Part shown: in pieces, positions 8,007 to 12,424 of the stretch
Layout of the letters: every line of letters starts with the position of its first letter
How positions within the stretch are numbered: position 1 is the stretch's first letter
Source of the DNA: Naegleria gruberi
Taxonomy: Eukaryota
Direction: 5' to 3' (one strand)
DNA length: 12,424 nucleotides
NCBI GenBank assembly: GCA_000004985.1
Contig: GG739002.1
The notes under the pieces: generated by a model
Told to the model about the DNA's origin: nothing
What the model saw: the letters and a program-made list of their open reading frames with translations, nothing else
The model's database searches: none
Position numbers and translations under genes: made by a program

Positions 8007-9316
8007 ATGGCACAAGAAAAGTATGGTTTTATTGGGAGCATTTCACTCCTGAATCAAAAATTAGAAACACGAATTATTTCTAATTATTTATCAAATTGGC
8101 AAATTCATTATGCAGTTTCGGATTGTTTCAGATATGGTACTATTGCATGTTTAGGATTAAATTTAAGTGAAAATCCCAATGAAATTAAATGTATCATTAT
8201 AAATGATAATCATAATACTAGCAAGCCTCTTGATTTAAATATATGTGAATTAGTAATTGAATTTAAAAATCATGATCCATTGAAATTTGAATGGAAACAT
8301 GTTAAACATTTAGCAATTTCAAAACAATTTCTATTCATTTGCACACATTCTAACAAATTATTTGGAATTAGAAGGGAAAGTGACTTGTATGATGAGAAGG
8401 TTAAACCATTTACGAAATGTATTTCAACTCATGGTAAAATAATTGAAAAGAATATCAATCCCTCACAACCAATAATTTCAAAGGCACCATCTTGTTATAA
8501 TATCTTTGAGATTAATACTGGTAATAATATATTATTTAATAATATTGAATTCATATCAGCTAATATGTGGGCTCTTTTTATTTTATCATCTAATGGAAAT
8601 TTATATAGTATTGGATATAATGGAGATGGAGCTGCTGCAAGAGGTATGAAAAATGTTCAAGATGTTGAATTGGGTGAATGTGAAATCAAGTTGAAAGGTA
8701 AAAAATGTCAAAAGCCAAAATTTATTAAGGTTCTTGGATATAAAAATAAGGTAGCTGCACTTACTGATAATGGAAGAATTTTTTTATGTGGAGAAGGTGA
8801 GTTGTTCAGGTATTGGAATAGTTCAATAATATTTGCAAGATGTTTTACCATTTATGGGTGAGAAATCACGTCGTAATGTTTACGCGTTTAAAGAATTAGA
8901 ATTACCTTACTATTTTACTGATATGGATTTTGATACTACTAATGGTATAACTGGATTTATTAGTGATGATAATTGTGGAATAATAATTGAAAGAGGAGGA
9001 AATGTCAGGAAAATATTTGAAAAAGATATTCAATTGAAGAATTATTCAAGAGATGATAGTGAAGATGAGGAGGATGATGAAAAAGATATTGGAAACCAGG
9101 CAGAAGAAAAGAAACTAATCAAATATTTACGTCATGCTGACTGTGATATTTTAATATATGATAATTATTCTATTGATATCAAATATAGAGGTGTATATTA
9201 TTCATACAAATTGTCAAGTCCTATTTGTTATCCTAACAATGGATGTATTTATGAATTGGCATGTGACAGATTGAATGAACTACGTTTTTGGAGACCAGAA
9301 ACTTTTATTTTATTGT
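8007..9316 (+). CDS. Two-exon partial gene for an RCC1-like repeat protein (beta-propeller type) with an acidic downstream region. The exons are 8007..8796 and 8840..9316 and the intron is 8797..8839. The gene runs into the gap
   Basis: ATG is at 8007. The repeats ALFILSSNGNLYSIGYNGDGAAARG and KVAALTDNGRIFLCGE resemble RCC1 blades. A canonical gag|GTGAGT donor sits at 8797 and an acceptor tttgcaAG| at 8838..8839. Splicing turns G-E-G into G-E-D-VLPFMGEKSRRNVYAFKELELPYYF…SRDDSEDEEDDEKD… and removes the TGA at 8859..8861. The downstream frame stays open for 159 codons until the N run. Confidence 0.5.
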
Positions 9317-10502
9317 NNNNNNNNNNNNNNNNNNNNNNNNNNNNNNNNNNNNNNNNNNNNNNNNNNNNNNNNNNNNNNNNNNNNNNNNNNNNNNNNNNNN
9401 NNNNNNNNNNNNNNNNNNNNNNNNNNNNNNNNNNNNNNNNNNNNNNNNNNNNNNNNNNNNNNNNNNNNNNNNNNNNNNNNNNNNNNNNNNNNNNNNNNNN
9501 NNNNNNNNNNNNNNNNNNNNNNNNNNNNNNNNNNNNNNNNNNNNNNNNNNNNNNNNNNNNNNNNNNNNNNNNNNNNNNNNNNNNNNNNNNNNNNNNNNNN
9601 NNNNNNNNNNNNNNNNNNNNNNNNNNNNNNNNNNNNNNNNNNNNNNNNNNNNNNNNNNNNNNNNNNNNNNNNNNNNNNNNNNNNNNNNNNNNNNNNNNNN
9701 NNNNNNNNNNNNNNNNNNNNNNNNNNNNNNNNNNNNNNNNNNNNNNNNNNNNNNNNNNNNNNNNNNNNNNNNNNNNNNNNNNNNNNNNNNNNNNNNNNNN
9801 NNNNNNNNNNNNNNNNNNNNNNNNNNNNNNNNNNNNNNNNNNNNNNNNNNNNNNNNNNNNNNNNNNNNNNNNNNNNNNNNNNNNNNNNNNNNNNNNNNNN
9901 NNNNNNNNNNNNNNNNNNNNNNNNNNNNNNNNNNNNNNNNNNNNNNNNNNNNNNNNNNNNNNNNNNNNNNNNNNNNNNNNNNNNNNNNNNNNNNNNNNNN
10001 NNNNNNNNNNNNNNNNNNNNNNNNNNNNNNNNNNNNNNNNNNNNNNNNNNNNNNNNNNNNNNNNNNNNNNNNNNNNNNNNNNNNNNNNNNNNNNNNNNNN
10101 NNNNNNNNNNNNNNNNNNNNNNNNNNNNNNNNNNNNNNNNNNNNNNNNNNNNNNNNNNNNNNNNNNNNNNNNNNNNNNNNNNNNNNNNNNNNNNNNNNNN
10201 NNNNNNNNNNNNNNNNNNNNNNNNNNNNNNNNNNNNNNNNNNNNNNNNNNNNNNNNNNNNNNNNNNNNNNNNNNNNNNNNNNNNNNNNNNNNNNNNNNNN
10301 NNNNNNNNNNNNNNNNNNNNNNNNNNNNNNNNNNNNNNNNNNNNNNNNNNNNNNNNNNNNNNNNNNNNNNNNNNNNNNNNNNNNNNNNNNNNNNNNNNNN
10401 NNNNNNNNNNNNNNNNNNNNNNNNNNNNNNNNNNNNNNNNNNNNNNNNNNNNNNNNNNNNNNNNNNNNNNNNNNNNNNNNNNNNNNNNNNNNNNNNNNNN
10501 NN
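9317..10502. other. Assembly gap (1186 N). There is one extra n at 10514
   Basis: The interval is a run of n. Confidence 0.98.
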
Positions 10503-10602
10503 TCATAAAAGACNCAATCAACCAAAATGGTTTGTGAGCGTTCAGACTGAATGTTGATGACACTTTGAAAAGATGCCGGCAAATAATTGACACAATCAAA
10601 AA

Positions 10603-12424
10603 ATGCACCTCTTATCTCATCAACACTTGTTGCATTCTTTCAAAAAGTGTCTTCTCCAACAACGCCAACAACAACAACAAATTATTCTTCTCTTACTAGT
10701 ATCGTTATTTCTTGTACTTAATTATCAACAAGTTATGGCCATAAATCCATTATCTATGAAGTTTGGTGGTGAATTATCTGCATCTATGAATGGTCATCAT
10801 TATATTTATTACTACGAAAAGACAATGTTTAATTTAATCTCCATTAAAAACAAATATGACATTTATAATGACACAATGTTATTTAATTCTACTAATTCTA
10901 CTAATTCTACAAATTATGGAACATGTAATCCAATATTATTTCAATTAGGTGATTTTAGTAGAGATGGACCTAATCTACTTTATTCTATTTGTCCTGACAC
11001 TTGGTTGACATCTGCTGTTTCAATTGTATTTTTATTGGTATATATAACTAAAATGGATTCGAATAGAAAGGAAACTAATCATGAAAATTTGAAATCTTCA
11101 ATGAAAGTAGTTCCAAATAATTCAAATATGAATTCTCCAAAAAGTCAATTGTCAAATGTTGAAAGCATTATCAATAATAATCAAGATTCCAGTGATGCCA
11201 CTTCATCTGATGGTGATAATTATTCATATTGGATTGAAAATGAATTGGAAATGAAAAAGAATGTCAAAATTCAAAAGATTTTCAACATTTTACTGAGTCA
11301 GAAATTTGTAATTGCCACCTATCTCACTTCATTCATTATTCACATTTTACTATTCATATTTTTTGGAGCTGTTGAGGAGGGAATTTACAATCAAGATCCA
11401 ATCAAATCAAATAATCAAAGAATTTTCATGGGAGATGGTGGTTTCTTTGTCTCCTCGAGGGGATGTGTCATTACCAATGCCATTACAATTATAGTAGCCA
11501 TTGAATCATTGTTTTATATTGTGGTGGAGATTGTCTTTTTAGTGTTGTGCTTTATCATTCCTAGAGATACGTGGTTTATTAAGAGAGAGACATTATTATT
11601 GACCTTATTGCAATTCTTTTCAATTATTTTATTTGCAATTTGTGGATTTTTGGTACAGGTGACCAAGTTGACTGATTTTTTTGTTCCATTTGGGTTTACC
11701 TTAATGGTTTATTCATTTACTGAGGTTGTGATATGTGTCTTGTTGCCAATATTATATTCTATAGTATTATTGAATCGCACGAAAAAGGAAAGAGTGGAAG
11801 AGTCTGAATTGGAACACTTTTTAAAAAGTAAGAAAACTTTTAATATTTTATTGGATTTTGCTAGAAGAAGGTAAGTGTAAAATTAGTTTAGTTTCTAATA
11901 ATGATTTAAAGTTACTGTCCTGAATCTGTGTTATGTTATCAAGATATTGAAAGATTTAAATTGACAAATAAGAAAAATAGAAAGCAAGCTGCACTTCACA
12001 TTACTAAAACTTATCTGAAACCAAATTCACCTCTCGAATTGAACTTTCCAAAACTTTCTCAAATGTTTGAACAAATATCCAAAGCAATTGAAACTACACC
12101 ACTATTGGAAACAAACTTTTTTGATAATATTCAATGGCATTGTATTGAGGATATGACAGATGTATTCGAAAGGTTGAAGAGTCAAAATAAGGAAGTAAGA
12201 AATATTCTAAAGCAATGGAAAGTTGCATCCCTTAATGATTTAACCACTTCTCAACAAGTTACTCTTCATAACATTACAAGCAATGATACTAATAATAATA
12301 ATAATCAGGAAGAATTGAAAGATATCAAATTGGAATCTAATCACAATTCGCCCATTCAACAAGTTGATGAGCAACAATTAACTAATTCTATAGAGAAATC
12401 AAATGAAAATATGAAGAATCCAAA
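10603..12424 (+). CDS. Seven-transmembrane receptor fused to a C-terminal RGS domain (AtRGS1-like, or fungal class-VI GPCR-like). Exon 1 is 10603 (or the ATG at 10735)..11870, the intron is 11871..11911, and exon 2 is 11912..12424 and continues past the window
   Basis: There are about 7 hydrophobic helices (LTSAVSIVFLLVYIT; FVIATYLTSFIIHILLFIFFGAV; ITNAITIIVAIESLFYIVV; EIVFLVLCFIIP; LLLTLLQFFSIILFAICGFLV; FFVPFGFTLMVYSF; VVICVLLPILYSIVLL). Then comes ELEHFLKSKKTFNILLDFARR, a 41-nt intron (ag|GTAAGT…ttaaAG|), and SYCPESVLCYQDIERFK…KNRKQAALHITKTYLKPNSPLELNF…FFDNIQWHCIEDMTDVFERLKS. These match the RGS-box blocks (FLKSEYSEENIDFW…EEYKK; AKKIYNEFI…EVNLD; [23 protein letters not shown]). Unspliced, the frame stops at TAA 11872..11874. 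Confidence 0.72.
10657..10680 (+). repeat. (caa)n / poly-Gln-encoding tract (QQRQQQQQ) upstream of the likely receptor start
   Basis: The sequence is caacaacgccaacaacaacaacaa. Confidence 0.8.
10885..10914 (+). repeat. (aattctact)x3 coding repeat that gives NSTNSTNSTN, three tandem N-glycosylation sequons in the receptor N-terminal ectodomain
   Basis: There is a direct 9-nt tandem repeat that is in frame with the receptor CDS. Confidence 0.8.

Noticed and set aside
10503-10602. A short GC-richer stretch (ggtttgtgagcgttcagactgaatgttgatgacac…gatgccggc) just after the third gap, considered as a possible small RNA or tRNA
   Set aside because: I could not fold a convincing cloverleaf or a conserved box A / box B arrangement by eye. 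It is more likely promoter or 5'UTR of the receptor gene, and the stray n at 10514 marks low-quality sequence.
6915-10608. X-filled ORFs crossing the gaps at 6948..7500 and 9317..10502 on both strands
   Set aside because: These are gap artefacts. Only the NADAR ORF from 7501 and the RCC1-like exon ending at 9316 have real sequence support.
11312-11494. A 60-aa + ORF in an alternative frame inside the receptor gene
   Set aside because: It overlaps the 7TM coding frame, which has clear TM-helix periodicity and continuity with the RGS domain. It is a chance ORF.

Overview
This window is eukaryotic nuclear DNA from a draft scaffold, broken by three runs of N (3419..4782, 6948..7500, 9317..10502, plus a stray n at 10514). 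Non-coding DNA is extremely AT-rich (about 10-20% GC) and built from aatatt-type microsatellites. Coding DNA is about 30% GC with A/T-ending codons (ggt, aga, caa, tta, aaa). Introns are spliceosomal, with GTAAGT, GTATGT or GTGAGT donors, so this is not a prokaryote. No CRISPR array, rRNA, tRNA or operon-like structure is visible. TAA and TAG act as stops and Gln is caa/cag, so it is not a ciliate. The style (AT-microsatellite introns, poly-Q and poly-N tracts, ggt/aga bias) fits a dictyostelid-like amoeba or an AT-rich early-diverging fungus. I cannot assign a taxon. Seven protein-coding loci can be supported. (1) + strand, 6 exons: a CSC1/OSCA/TMEM63 (DUF221) channel homologue. (2) - strand: an RNI-type leucine-rich-repeat gene with one 75-nt intron and one apparent 1-nt frameshift, running into a gap. 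(3) + strand: a small CHY-zinc-finger protein. (4) - strand: a gene with a degenerate AAA+ (Walker-B/sensor-1) segment plus a downstream ORF that is followed in frame by a further ORF after a single TAG. (5) + strand: a NADAR (YbiA-like) domain gene whose 5' end is in a gap. (6) + strand: an RCC1-like repeat gene with a 43-nt GTGAGT intron, running into a gap. (7) + strand: a 7TM receptor fused to a C-terminal RGS domain, with a 41-nt intron at the domain boundary, continuing past the window end. The most notable points are the GC-richer contig between the first two gaps, which has different codon usage; the in-frame TAG in the minus-strand gene; and the bimodal intron structure. I found no evidence of a novel 'system' in the prokaryotic sense. 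All domain assignments come from motif recognition by eye and need a database search.
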